A stretch of 48,615 nucleotides of DNA, taken from NCBI GenBank assembly GCA_016928515.1, contig JAFGKR010000345.1, positions 1 to 48,615 on the forward strand. Reading direction: 5' to 3'. The position numbers were made by a program, and so were the translations under genes. The notes beneath the pieces were generated by a model. That model was given only the letters and a program-made list of their open reading frames with translations. It was not told where the DNA came from and did not search any database. Within the stretch, counting starts at the first letter, position 1, and every line of letters starts with the position of its first letter. Positions 1 through 9,283 of the stretch are shown in pieces. This DNA is from Bacteroidota bacterium (GTDB taxonomy: Bacteria > Bacteroidota > Ignavibacteria > SZUA-365).

Positions 1-1964
1 ATGTAAAATGCCGCCTGCGTGCCTTTGCCCGAAACATCGCCGATCACGACACCGAGCTTGCCCGGCGATAGCTCCATGAAATCGTAGTAGTCGCCGCCGA
101 CCTCATGGGCAGGAACGCAGTGCGAGGCGATATCCAGTCCCTCGACCACCGGTTCTTTCTTGGGAAGGAAACTCATTTGCACATCGCGCGCGATTTCCAG
201 CTCGCGCGACAGCCGCTGCCGCTCGGAGATATGTCGCTGGAAACGCGGCGCGATGCGCTCGAAATCCACGACACGGTCTTTTGTCGCAAGCGTGGCGATG
301 CCATAGAGGATGAGCGCTCCCGCTCCGGCCAGAAGGAGAATGCCGTCGGAATAGTACGCGCTGTTGCCCGGGAGCAGGAAAACCATTCCTTCCTGGAGAA
401 CGGAGAGTGTGATCATCGCCGTCAGCGTGGTGATCACGTCACTGAGGATGAAGAGCAGGACAAGCAGGAACAGCACGGGGAGGAGGACGCCCCAAGCTTC
501 CGGCAGCGGCACCAGGTTCGGGATGTCGATCAGAGTGAGCGGCACGGCGGCTGCGAGCGCAAGCAGCAATGGCTGGCGGATGTACGGGCGAAGGAAGGAC
601 ACGAAAAAAATGATAAAAAACGCGGCGCCGGCAAGGTTGGCGATAACGCTTTCTCCGAGCAGGAAGAGGGCGGGAGACGGGGCCGTCAGATAACTCATGC
701 CATCGGAACTGCGCTCGAGCAGCCAGACCGGATGCCACGTTCCGATCAGCCACGATGCGCAGAGAGCGACGAGAAGCAGGACCGCGCCGGCCACGAGTCC
801 CGTCAGCAGCGACATGCCCAGCCGTGCGTGCAGGAGATGCCCGGAGGTCAGGAGATCGAAGGAGATGAACTTCTCCTTCCACGTTTCCCTGCCGACGGAT
901 TCGCTGACCGCCCAGAGAACGACGAAGCCGGCCCAGACGAACGTCGTGCTGGCGAGCAGAACCAGCAGCAGCATGGCCATGTTGTCCATCTGATGCGAAA
1001 CCTGCATCATGATCCATATACCGAACAGAATGCCGCCCAGCGTGCTGATGACCATGGCGGATCGGAAGCCGATCTCATAGGCGCGCATCCGGCGGAATCC
1101 CGCCACGGCGAGCAGGATGCCGAGCGCGATGTACAGCACGACCTCGAAGATTTCCGCCAGGCTGGTGTCCTCGTCCCCATCGCCGGATGCCATGGACCGG
1201 TATGTGCTGGTCAGCGAAACGGGGAGATTGCCGGCCACCGTCACCGCGACGTCCACCGAATCCGCGAGCGCCGCATCGCAGACGGTCCAGGAAAACACGT
1301 GGTCCTTTCGTTCCGGTTTTTCCGTGCCGGCGTACCTGATTCCGCGGAAGGAAAACGCACCCTGGAGGCTGTCCGGCAGTTCCGCGACGGCAGCCAGCGG
1401 ACCAAGGATGGCGGGACGAGTGTGACCGAGCAGGATACGGCGCATGTGCTCATATGCCTCCTGCGGCGACAGTGACGGCAGGACGAGCGAATCGGTCACG
1501 GGCATCGCATACTGCAGCAGCTTCTCGTCCATGTCGAAGCGCATCCCGATGTCGCCATGAATCATGCGACGGATTTCCTGTTCGTCAGGCTGCGATCCGA
1601 AGTGTATTGCGCTGCTTTCGCCTTCCCTTTTGAGAACCTGCACGTTCCATGCATGGGCGGGAATATGACGGCGAAGCTCGCGATTGCCGCCTGATATTCC
1701 ATGACGGGTGTAGGTGCGTTTCAAGAGATCCGCGTCAGAGACCAGACCGATGCGCAGATCATGGCGGACGGAATCGAGTCCGAGTGCGGAAAGAATGCGG
1801 TGTGTGCTCTGCCGGACATCCTTTTCGCTGCTGTCGAGTCTGAGTCCGCCGAGAGGGTGAACGGACGGATACAGCAGCATCACGCAAACGCCGGCTGCGA
1901 AACCGCTGAGGATCAGCAGGATGAGGCGGGAGTACCGATGTTTCGGGGGCGTCGACAGGTTCAT
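1..1964 (-). CDS. Membrane-bound SpoIIE/PP2C-family serine phosphatase. The C-terminal part runs off the window start, so it is absent from the supplied ORF track.
   Basis: Hand translation of the reverse strand from ATG at 1964 gives MNLSTPPKHRYSRLILLILSGFAAGVCVMLLYP (N-terminal TM helix). This is followed by a soluble segment of roughly 200 aa, a block of hydrophobic helices, and ELEIARDVQMSFLPKKEPVVEGLDIASHCVPAHEVGGDYYDFMELSPGKLGVVIGDVSGKGTQAAFY at 1-240, the SpoIIE/PP2C GGDYYD and GDVSGKG signature. The frame was checked by hand at 1921-1964, 1861-1920, 1441-1500, 181-240 and 1-120. Confidence 0.8.
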   Translation of the reverse strand, partial: MNLSTPPKHRYSRLILLILSGFAAGVCVMLLYPSVHPLGGLRLDSSEKDVRQSTHRILSALGLDSVRHDLRIGLVSDADLLKRTYTRHGISGGNRELRRHIPAHAWNVQVLKREGESSAIHFGSQPDEQEIRRMIHGDIGMRFDMDEKLLQYAMPVTDSLVLPSLSPQEAYEHMRRILLGHTRPAILGPLAAVAELPDSLQGAFSFRGIRYAGTEKPERKDHVFSWTVCDAALADSVDVAVTVAGNLPVSLTSTYRSMASGDGDEDTSLAEIFEVVLYIALGILLAVAGFRRMRAYEIGFRSAMVISTLGGILFGIWIMMQVSHQMDNMAMLLLVLLASTTFVWAGFVVLWAVSESVGRETWKEKFISFDLLTSGHLLHARLGMSLLTGLVAGAVLLLVALCASWLIGTWHPVWLLERSSDGMSYLTAPSPALFLLGESVIANLAGAAFFIIFFVSFLRPYIRQPLLLALAAAVPLTLIDIPNLVPLPEAWGVLLPVLFLLVLLFILSDVITTLTAMITLSVLQEGMVFLLPGNSAYYSDGILLLAGAGALILYGIATLATKDRVVDFERIAPRFQRHISERQRLSRELEIARDVQMSFLPKKEPVVEGLDIASHCVPAHEVGGDYYDFMELSPGKLGVVIGDVSGKGTQAAFY

Positions 1965-2200
1965 CCCTGCTCCGTTCAGTGTCGGGAAAATGCACGGCGG
2001 TGCAACTGTCGCCTTTTTTCTGCGTATCATTCCAATATACACATGACTGGCGCGGACAAAACGCTGCATCGCTTCCGCCGGCAGCGAGAGGAAGGAGTCT
2101 CCATTGGCAAAGATGCGATTTTTTCCTGATTTTTATATCCTGAATTGGCGTGAGCGGGTGAAGGAGAAAATGTGCATGTTTCCCTGACCGCGGTGCTCCG

Positions 2201-4975
2201 ATGAAAAGCCGTTTCGATGCCATATCGCCCCGCTGGATCCGTGTGATCTACACGGTCTTCGCCGCCCTGGTACTCGCCGTCACGACGTACAATTTCCTGC
2301 ATATGATGTTCTGGCGCGTTATGAGCAACGACCAGTGCCGCTGGCAGCAGATCTTCAGCGATACAACACGCGTCCATGTCGGCGGAGTGGAAAAGGGAAC
2401 GTCCGCCGCCGAAGCGGGACTCCTAAACGGGGATATCCTTCTTGCGATCGACAGTCAGCCCGTGAAGATCAGCGAATCCGCGATGGACCGGCTGAACAGC
2501 GTTCCGCCTGGCGACAGTCTGCTGTTGCGCATCGAGAGGGATCGCCGGGAGCGTACGCTCCGCTACGCGCGGGCACCGAACGAAGACAGCATCCCTTTTC
2601 ATCTCTTCGACCGACTGTTCGAGACACTTGTCATCACCGACATCGTCGAAGGCGGCGTCACGGATCAGGCCGGGATCGAGGAGGGAGATATTCTCCTCCG
2701 TATCGACGGCATCAGTGTCAATCACTCTTACGGCGCGCAGTATCTGCTCAATATACATCCCGCGGGGAGCAAGGCCGCATTTCTCGTCGAACGTGACGGA
2801 CGACTCCTGACGCTGCATGTGCAGGTGCTGAAAATTTTCAACTACATCTATCTGGCACAGTTCATTCTCGGACTCGGATTCCTGCTCGTCGGATATTTTG
2901 TGGTCATGGCCCGGCCGCAGGGGAGCATACAGCGAAAATTTGCCCGCTTCGGCATCTTTGCCATGCTTTTCTTCGGGTTGTCAAGCGTTGTCGCGAGTGA
3001 CATCTACGATCCTCTCTGGAAAGTCTACGGTTTTCTTGCCGTGTTTCTCATCGCGCGTGTGCTCGCTCCGCCTGTTTTCATCAGCTTTTTCCTGCATTTT
3101 CCCGTGCGTCGTCCTGTCGTGCAGCAGCGGTGGCTCATGCCGGTTCTGTACGGAATCGTATTAATTGCGGCTTTCGGGCAGGCGGTGTATGTCTTTCGAT
3201 GGTTCGGATTCGTGATGGAGTGGGAAGTCTCGCTGATTTTCTATTATGTACCGCTCCTGTATTTTCTTGTCGGACTGAGTATTTTTCTGCATAGCTATTA
3301 TACACGTGTGGAACCGGAACAGCGAAATGCGCTTCGGCCGATTCTGCAGTCGATCATCATCGGTGTGGCGGCGTTCATCTACACCGCCGTCATCAACACC
3401 ATGTACCCGTTCGTTATTTTTCTCCAACCGTACCTGCTTCTCCCATCGTTGCTGATCGTTGGCATCCCTCCCGCATTCGGGTATTCCATCATCAAGCACC
3501 GGCTGATGGACGTCACGGTCATCGTCAAGCGCAGCATCATTTACGGGGTGGTGACAGCGATTATTGCCGCCATTTACCTCGCCGTCGTCTTCGGCCTTGG
3601 CCGCATGCTGGGTGTCATTCTCGGGGAGACCGACAACCAGCTCTGGACGCTGATCGCCTTTGTCATCATCGCCTTGCTGTTCGATCCTCTCAAACAGCGG
3701 GTGCAGCGCATCGTCGACCGCTTCTTCTACCGCGAACGGTACAACTATCAGAAAGCTCTGCTGGAATTCAGCAGCGAGCTGCCGCGGCAGATCAATCTCG
3801 AACAGATTCTCAATTCGGTCGTGAACCGGATTTCCTCTACCATGCATGTGGACAAGGTGTCGGTCAGCCTCTGCGGCGAAAACAACGGCTGCTATGTGGT
3901 CAGTAAGAATATCCCGGAAGAGCTGTGTGTCTTCTCCGACAGTCCGGGCGGAGTTTATGAGCTGCTTGAGCGGACGCGTCAGCCGCAGTCCTTCGCCCTC
4001 ATTGAGGAGGACACACGCATCACCGATCCGGCGGACCGCCAGAAAATCATCGATTCCGACATCTATCTCATGGTACCGATGTTTCTGCAGGACAAACTGC
4101 TGGGCGCCGTCAACGTCGGTCCCAAACTCAGTGGCAGTGTCTACTCGCAGGAGGACATCGATCTTCTGTCGACCGTGGCCGGTCACGCGGCCATTGCCCT
4201 GGAGAACGCCCGTCTGCACCGTTCGGAGATCAACGACCAGAAGATCCAGGAGCAGTTGAAGATCGCCCAGCGCATTCAGCAGGGACTGCTGCCGAAGGAC
4301 AATCCCTCGAATGATCGCCTCGACATAGACGGTGTATCCATCCCGGCAATGACCGTCGGTGGAGATTATTACGATTATATCGAACTCCCGGGGAATCGCC
4401 TGCTCGTCGCCGTCGGGGATGTATCCGGAAAGGGAATGTCCGCTGCACTGTACATGGCCAAAGTCCAGGGAATGATCCGCTTTGCCGCACAGATCTATGG
4501 AAGTCCACGGGAAATTCTCAGCAGCGTCAATCGCCTGATCTACGAGGGCATGGAGAGAAATTCATTCATCACGATGATCCTCGCACTCTTCGATCTCGAC
4601 GCCGGTACCGTCACCATGTGCCGGGCCGGACATACGCAGCCGCTCGTCGCACTCAACGGGGATATGCGCTTCCTCGGCTCGGATGGCATGGGGCTGGGCC
4701 TGGAGCCGGGCGACATATTCGATCGGTCGCTGGAGGAGAACGTCCACGCGTTGAAACCGGACGGCCTCATCCTGCTCTATTCCGATGGACTGACCGAGGC
4801 CATGGATGTCGACATGAAAGAATTCGGGGAAGAGCGGGTGATTGACCTTGTGCGAAAATGGTCGCACTGTTCTTCCACGGAACTGAAGAATCATCTCATC
4901 GAGGCGATCGTCGAGCATCGCGATGGTGCGGAACAGAACGACGACATCACCCTCGTTGTCATCCGCGTGCGCTGA
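2201..4975 (+). CDS. Sensor phosphatase: N-terminal TM helix, two PDZ domains, a polytopic membrane block, a GAF domain and a SpoIIE/PP2C phosphatase domain (RsbU-like)
   Basis: 924-aa ORF. PDZ-like GLLNGDILLAIDSQPV and GIEEGDILLRIDGISV lie between TM1 and a run of about 9-10 hydrophobic helices. The GAF-like region is ILNSVVNRISSTMHVDKVSVSL...LGAVNVGPK. The PP2C part is QRIQQGLLP...VGGDYYDYIEL...VGDVSGKGMSAALYM...YSDGLTEA...DDITLVVIRV. Confidence 0.85.
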   Translation: MKSRFDAISPRWIRVIYTVFAALVLAVTTYNFLHMMFWRVMSNDQCRWQQIFSDTTRVHVGGVEKGTSAAEAGLLNGDILLAIDSQPVKISESAMDRLNSVPPGDSLLLRIERDRRERTLRYARAPNEDSIPFHLFDRLFETLVITDIVEGGVTDQAGIEEGDILLRIDGISVNHSYGAQYLLNIHPAGSKAAFLVERDGRLLTLHVQVLKIFNYIYLAQFILGLGFLLVGYFVVMARPQGSIQRKFARFGIFAMLFFGLSSVVASDIYDPLWKVYGFLAVFLIARVLAPPVFISFFLHFPVRRPVVQQRWLMPVLYGIVLIAAFGQAVYVFRWFGFVMEWEVSLIFYYVPLLYFLVGLSIFLHSYYTRVEPEQRNALRPILQSIIIGVAAFIYTAVINTMYPFVIFLQPYLLLPSLLIVGIPPAFGYSIIKHRLMDVTVIVKRSIIYGVVTAIIAAIYLAVVFGLGRMLGVILGETDNQLWTLIAFVIIALLFDPLKQRVQRIVDRFFYRERYNYQKALLEFSSELPRQINLEQILNSVVNRISSTMHVDKVSVSLCGENNGCYVVSKNIPEELCVFSDSPGGVYELLERTRQPQSFALIEEDTRITDPADRQKIIDSDIYLMVPMFLQDKLLGAVNVGPKLSGSVYSQEDIDLLSTVAGHAAIALENARLHRSEINDQKIQEQLKIAQRIQQGLLPKDNPSNDRLDIDGVSIPAMTVGGDYYDYIELPGNRLLVAVGDVSGKGMSAALYMAKVQGMIRFAAQIYGSPREILSSVNRLIYEGMERNSFITMILALFDLDAGTVTMCRAGHTQPLVALNGDMRFLGSDGMGLGLEPGDIFDRSLEENVHALKPDGLILLYSDGLTEAMDVDMKEFGEERVIDLVRKWSHCSSTELKNHLIEAIVEHRDGAEQNDDITLVVIRVR

Positions 4976-5131
4976 GTACCATTCCTCCCGTCAACGCTGA
5001 CCGCTCCAATGCGTACCTCCTCCCGGAGGCACTGTCGGCACAATCCGATGACCCTCCGGTCGACGCATTCACTTGTGGGATCATTCCGAATTCCCGTACT
5101 TTGCCTTCATGAATCAGTTCCGATTTCAATC

Positions 5132-6892
5132 ATGTACTCCCGGCTGAGCTTCCTTCCTGTCGTGCTTCTGATCGTCACGGTCTCCTGCTCACAGGATGGC
5201 CGCAGTGACCCTGACCGCGCGTTCGAGGAATTGACCGCTCGTTTCCTCGACCGCTACCTGGCAGGCACTCCCGAGGAAGCAACCGCACTTGGTGATCACC
5301 GCTTTGACAGTCTCCTGACTGATTTTTCCACAGAGGCGATCATCGCGCGCGCCGCATTCTTCCGTTCGTACCGGGACACTCTTCGGTCCGTTCGTGTCGA
5401 AACGCTCTCCCCGCAGCATATGATCGACTACGATATCCTTCGGCATGCACTGGAAGCGGAATTGTATGCGCTCGAAGAGTTACGCGAGTGGGAATGGAAC
5501 CCGCTGCTGTATACGGTGGGCAATGCGGTGCACATGCTGATAGCTCGGGACTTCGCGCCGATCGAGGAGCGCATGCGCAATCTCGCCGGGCGACTTCGCC
5601 GCATCCCGTATCTGCTGAAGACCGCGCGGAGCAACCTGTCGGAGCCTCCCGCCATACACGTGCAGTCGGCAATGCTGCAGAATGACGGCGTCATCACGCT
5701 CCTGACGCAAACACTGGAGCCGCTTCTCACATCCTTGCCCGGGGATTTGCGGGATTCGATCACGACAGCCCGCACCGTCGCTGTCGAGGCGCTGTACGCA
5801 TATGGTTCGTGGTTGAAGCACGATCTGATCAATCGGGCAACGGGCGATTTTCGTCTGGGTGCTGATCAGTATCGCCGGAAGTTTACTCTCTGCCTGCATA
5901 CCGATATGCCGCCGGAGGAGCTGCTCGCCGAGGCGGAGCGTGAACTGCGTGTGACCATGGCAGAGATGGCACAGGTCGCGCGTGTCCTTTTTGCAGAGGA
6001 GTTTCCCGGGGTATCAGTACCCGAAGACGACGAGGCATGTATCCGCCGGGTTCTCGACCGACTCTCCGAGCAGCGCCCGAGCGACAGCACCATCGTTGCC
6101 CGAGCGGAAGATGCCCTGCGACGTACCGAGACATTCGTCCGTAGTCGCGGGTTGCTCACACTGTCGTCCACACCGCTGGAGATCATCGTGATGCCGGAAT
6201 TTCAGCGTGGTGTGGCGGTGGCATACTGCGATCCGGCAGGTCCTCTCGAGAGGGATGGAAAGACCTTCTTCGCAATCGCACCGACTCCGGCGGACTGGAC
6301 GGCCGAGCGACGGTCATCTTTCTACCGGGAGTATAACGATCACATGCTGCTCAATCTGACCGTGCACGAAGCCGTGCCCGGCCACGCCACACAACTCGCC
6401 GCTGCGAACCGCGCGCAGGTGCCGACATTGCTTCGAAGCGTGTTCCCCAGCATCACTTTCGCGGAGGGTTGGGCGACGTATTGTGAGGAGCTGATGGCAA
6501 CCGAGGGATTCGGAGGAAAGAAACTCCGTTTCCAGCAGCTGAAAATGAAACTGCGTCTCCTGATCAACGCCATCATCGATCAGAAAATCCATACCGCCGG
6601 AATGCGCGAAGAAGAGGGGATGCGCCTGATGACGGAGCAGGGATTTCAGGAGAATGGAGAAGCCGCAGGGAAATGGCGGCGCGCCTGCCTCACCTCAGCA
6701 CAGCTCAGTTCGTATTTCTACGGCAACAGGAAAATCCGTGAGCTCCGTGCCCGAGTCGAGAGGCAGAAGGGCGATTCCTTCGATCTGCGCACGTTCCACG
6801 ATCAGCTGCTTTCCTACGGGACGATCTCCCCATCCTACCTCCCCATGTTGATGAAACTTCCCATTCCCGAAACACCGCTTGCCCTGCGATGA
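5132..6892 (+). CDS. DUF885-family predicted metallopeptidase-like lipoprotein
   Basis: Motifs TVHEAVPGHATQ and FAEGWATYCEE are typical of DUF885. I prefer the internal ATG at 5132 (MYSRLSFLPVVLLIVTVSCSQ, a signal peptide with a lipobox-like VSC) over the track start at 5009, whose extra 41 aa are Arg/His-rich and non-protein-like. Confidence 0.7.
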   Translation: MYSRLSFLPVVLLIVTVSCSQDGRSDPDRAFEELTARFLDRYLAGTPEEATALGDHRFDSLLTDFSTEAIIARAAFFRSYRDTLRSVRVETLSPQHMIDYDILRHALEAELYALEELREWEWNPLLYTVGNAVHMLIARDFAPIEERMRNLAGRLRRIPYLLKTARSNLSEPPAIHVQSAMLQNDGVITLLTQTLEPLLTSLPGDLRDSITTARTVAVEALYAYGSWLKHDLINRATGDFRLGADQYRRKFTLCLHTDMPPEELLAEAERELRVTMAEMAQVARVLFAEEFPGVSVPEDDEACIRRVLDRLSEQRPSDSTIVARAEDALRRTETFVRSRGLLTLSSTPLEIIVMPEFQRGVAVAYCDPAGPLERDGKTFFAIAPTPADWTAERRSSFYREYNDHMLLNLTVHEAVPGHATQLAAANRAQVPTLLRSVFPSITFAEGWATYCEELMATEGFGGKKLRFQQLKMKLRLLINAIIDQKIHTAGMREEEGMRLMTEQGFQENGEAAGKWRRACLTSAQLSSYFYGNRKIRELRARVERQKGDSFDLRTFHDQLLSYGTISPSYLPMLMKLPIPETPLALR

Positions 6893-7992
6893 CAGGCTCG
6901 CGCAAACATGCCGGAAGCGGAGGAAGCGCTGCAGGCGCTGAAGACCTGAACACTCTCCGCCGCATCCATGCGGACGTCTTCGGAGTGGAGCCGGAACGTG
7001 TCATGCGCCTTAAGGGAGATGCCTCAGACCGAATGATATACCGGCTGAGTGCTCCCGCTCATTCCGTCATTGGCATCGTCGGTCCCAATCCGGCCGAGAA
7101 CCGCGCGTTCATCGGCTTCGCGCGGAGCTTCCGTGCAGAGGGACTCCCTGTGCCTGAGATTTACGCAACGGACGACAGTGAGCGTTGTTACCTCGAGGAG
7201 GATCTCGGGGATGTCACGCTTGCCATCTGGCAGGAGCAGCCGCAGGTCCGCAGCAATCCGCCGATAGGGGGTGAAGACAGGGAGCAGAAGGATCCTGTCA
7301 TCGGCATGTACACGCGCGTCCTCGAGACGCTCCTGCGCTTCCAGGTCGACGCGGCGGATGCGTTGGATTACGATCTCTGCTATCAGACGCGAGAATTCGG
7401 ACACGAGGCTATGGAATTCGACCTCTGCTATTTTCGGCAGATGTATCTCGAGAGGCTGGTACGCATTCATTGGGACCGCGAAGTGTTCGAACGCGGCGGC
7501 AGCACATTGGTACAAAGTCTTCTCGCCGCCGACAGGTCGTATTTCCTCTACCGGGATTTTCAATCACGGAATATCATGATCCGCGACGGCGCACCGTGGT
7601 TCATCGATTTTCAGTCCGGCCGTCGGGGTGCGCTGCATTATGATATCGCCTCGCTGCTGTACGACTCCCGCGGGGGACTCGATGATACCGACCGCATGCT
7701 GTTGCTCGAGGGTTATCTCGACGCCCTCGAGACACGGGTTGCCATCGACCGTCACGCATTTCTCCGCTTTTTCGACGGCTTCGCCTTGCTGCGGCTGATG
7801 CAGGCGCTGGGCGCTTTCGGGAACATCGGCCTGAACAAGGGGAAACCGGAATATCTGGATCTCATCCCGTCGCGTCTTGCTGCTCTTGATGCACTGACCG
7901 CACGGGCGGAAATCCTCGACGAGATCCCTGAGATGCGCACCCTGTTGCTGGCGGTTGCCTCCGACCATCCGTACCACGATCCATCACATTAA
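6889..7992 (+). CDS. amgK: APH-fold sugar kinase resembling anomeric MurNAc/GlcNAc kinase AmgK
   Basis: Phosphotransferase catalytic and activation motifs FLYRDFQSRNIMI and WFIDFQSGRRGALHYDIASLL. The ATG overlaps the DUF885 stop (ATGA at 6889-6892). A MurU-like nucleotidyltransferase lies two genes downstream. Confidence 0.6.
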   Translation: MTGSRKHAGSGGSAAGAEDLNTLRRIHADVFGVEPERVMRLKGDASDRMIYRLSAPAHSVIGIVGPNPAENRAFIGFARSFRAEGLPVPEIYATDDSERCYLEEDLGDVTLAIWQEQPQVRSNPPIGGEDREQKDPVIGMYTRVLETLLRFQVDAADALDYDLCYQTREFGHEAMEFDLCYFRQMYLERLVRIHWDREVFERGGSTLVQSLLAADRSYFLYRDFQSRNIMIRDGAPWFIDFQSGRRGALHYDIASLLYDSRGGLDDTDRMLLLEGYLDALETRVAIDRHAFLRFFDGFALLRLMQALGAFGNIGLNKGKPEYLDLIPSRLAALDALTARAEILDEIPEMRTLLLAVASDHPYHDPSH

Positions 7993-7996
7993 TGCC

Positions 7997-8392
7997 ATGC
8001 TGCACATCGATCTCTGTTCTTTCGGCTATCACAAGAGTGGCATTCCTCCAAACGAGCACGGGAATGGCGGAGGGTTCGTCTTCGATTGCCGTTTCCTCCC
8101 GAATCCGGGCCGTGAAGCGCGCTATCGGCATCTCTCCGGCCTGGATCACGAAGTAGGAAGCTACCTGGAGGCGCAACCCGAAACAGCGCAGTTCATGGCA
8201 CACACCGTCGTGCTGATCGAGCTTGCCGCGCTGCGCTACCGGGAACGCGGTTTCATGCATCTGCAGGTGTGCTACGGGTGCACCGGGGGACAGCATCGTT
8301 CCGTGTTCTGCGCGGAATTTGCGGCACGAATCCTTCGCCGCAGCGGCTTCGAGGTGACGATCACCCATCATGAGCGGGAAGGATGGCTGTGA
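7997..8392 (+). CDS. Standalone RapZ/YvcJ C-terminal-domain protein lacking the N-terminal P-loop domain
   Basis: IDLCSFGYHKSGIP...FVFDCRFLPNPGRE...LSGLD...VCYGCTGGQHRSVFCAE aligns by eye with the E. coli RapZ C-terminal domain (FESFGFKHGIP...YVFDVRFLPNPHW...TGLD...AIGCTGGKHRSVY). ATG at 7997 lies 4 nt after the amgK stop. The track start at 7955 is a TTG inside amgK. Confidence 0.7.
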   Translation: MLHIDLCSFGYHKSGIPPNEHGNGGGFVFDCRFLPNPGREARYRHLSGLDHEVGSYLEAQPETAQFMAHTVVLIELAALRYRERGFMHLQVCYGCTGGQHRSVFCAEFAARILRRSGFEVTITHHEREGWL

Positions 8393-9093
8393 AGGCCATG
8401 ATTCTTGCGGCCGGATTCGGCACGCGACTCGGCACGGCCGGTATCCCCAAGCCACTGGTTCCCGCTGCAGGACGCCCCATGATTGCCTGGGTGCTCGATG
8501 CCCTGCGTCTCTGCGGCTGCAGCGACGTCGTTGTCAACGTTCACCATCACGCGTCCCTGCTTGGAGACTATCTCCGTGGCACGGATTTCGGCTTGACGAT
8601 ACATATCGTCGAGGAGCAGGAAATCCTCGGCACCGGAGGCGCGGTGCTCAACGCGGCAGCGTATCTCGATGACGGAGAACCGTTTCTCATTCATAATGCC
8701 GATATCCATACTGCACAGGACCTGCGTGTTTTTTTCGTAGCGCATCGCAGGAGCAGTGCGCTGGCGACGTTGCTTGTCAACCGGCGCGAGACGTCGCGCG
8801 CTTTGCTGTTCGATGACTCCCTCCGACTCCTGGGCAAGGAACAGTGGAGCGAAGACGGAATCGTGTATTCCCCGGATGCGAAGCACCGCGGATTCTGCGG
8901 AATCCATGCGGTGAGCGGGGAGTTGTTCCGCCTTGGTTTCCCCGCGGGCTTTTCTGATATTTTTGACATCTACCGCGTGGCGCTCGACAGTGGCTATTTC
9001 CTGAACGGATATGAGACCGATGCATACTGGACGGACCTTGGGACAACCGAACGCATCCGGGCTTTCAACGTATGGAAAAGCGAACATCCCTGA
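8383..9093 (+). CDS. murU: Sugar-1-phosphate nucleotidyltransferase resembling MurNAc-alpha-1-P uridylyltransferase MurU
   Basis: N-terminal KAMILAAGFGTRLG nucleotidyltransferase signature and a length of 236 aa. It overlaps the RapZ-CTD gene by 10 nt. The amgK-like kinase is upstream. Confidence 0.6.
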   Translation: MAVKAMILAAGFGTRLGTAGIPKPLVPAAGRPMIAWVLDALRLCGCSDVVVNVHHHASLLGDYLRGTDFGLTIHIVEEQEILGTGGAVLNAAAYLDDGEPFLIHNADIHTAQDLRVFFVAHRRSSALATLLVNRRETSRALLFDDSLRLLGKEQWSEDGIVYSPDAKHRGFCGIHAVSGELFRLGFPAGFSDIFDIYRVALDSGYFLNGYETDAYWTDLGTTERIRAFNVWKSEHP

Positions 9094-9283
9094 TTCCCAT
9101 ACTGTTGTTGAAAGCGTTGCTGTCGCCGGGAACGTCCATACAGACGTAGTGTGGCGTGTCCCTGCAATCGCTCGTTGTAGTGGTTCTCCACGCATCGCTC
9201 TGCTCTTTCACCTCCGGCACGGCCTTTGTATCTTTCCGTCTGCCCGTTGCGGGTCACATGTCCCATCATTCCCGGAATACACA

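Noticed and set aside
105-1475. 456-aa + strand ORF, the longest listed ORF in the first 2 kb
   Set aside because: It is Arg/Gly/Asp/His/Gln-rich and low in complexity, with no recognisable motif. The opposite strand in the same interval encodes a coherent membrane SpoIIE phosphatase ending in GGDYYD and GDVSGKG. This is an antisense shadow ORF typical of GC-rich DNA.
2000-2025. GGCGG...CGCC hairpin followed by TTTTTT in the divergent SpoIIE intergenic region
   Set aside because: The stem is only about 4-5 bp, and no upstream + strand gene exists for it to terminate. On the minus strand it lies upstream of the gene start.
3161-4219. 352-aa minus-strand ORF
   Set aside because: It is antisense to the PDZ-GAF-SpoIIE gene.
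5009-5131. N-terminal extensions implied by the track's longest-ORF starts (also 9011-9283, 10435-10626, 17855-18217, 27545-27664, 41725-41802, 42323-42376, 7955-7996)
   Set aside because: The extensions overlap upstream genes or are compositionally non-protein-like. In each case an internal ATG gives a proper signal peptide or the conserved family N-terminus.
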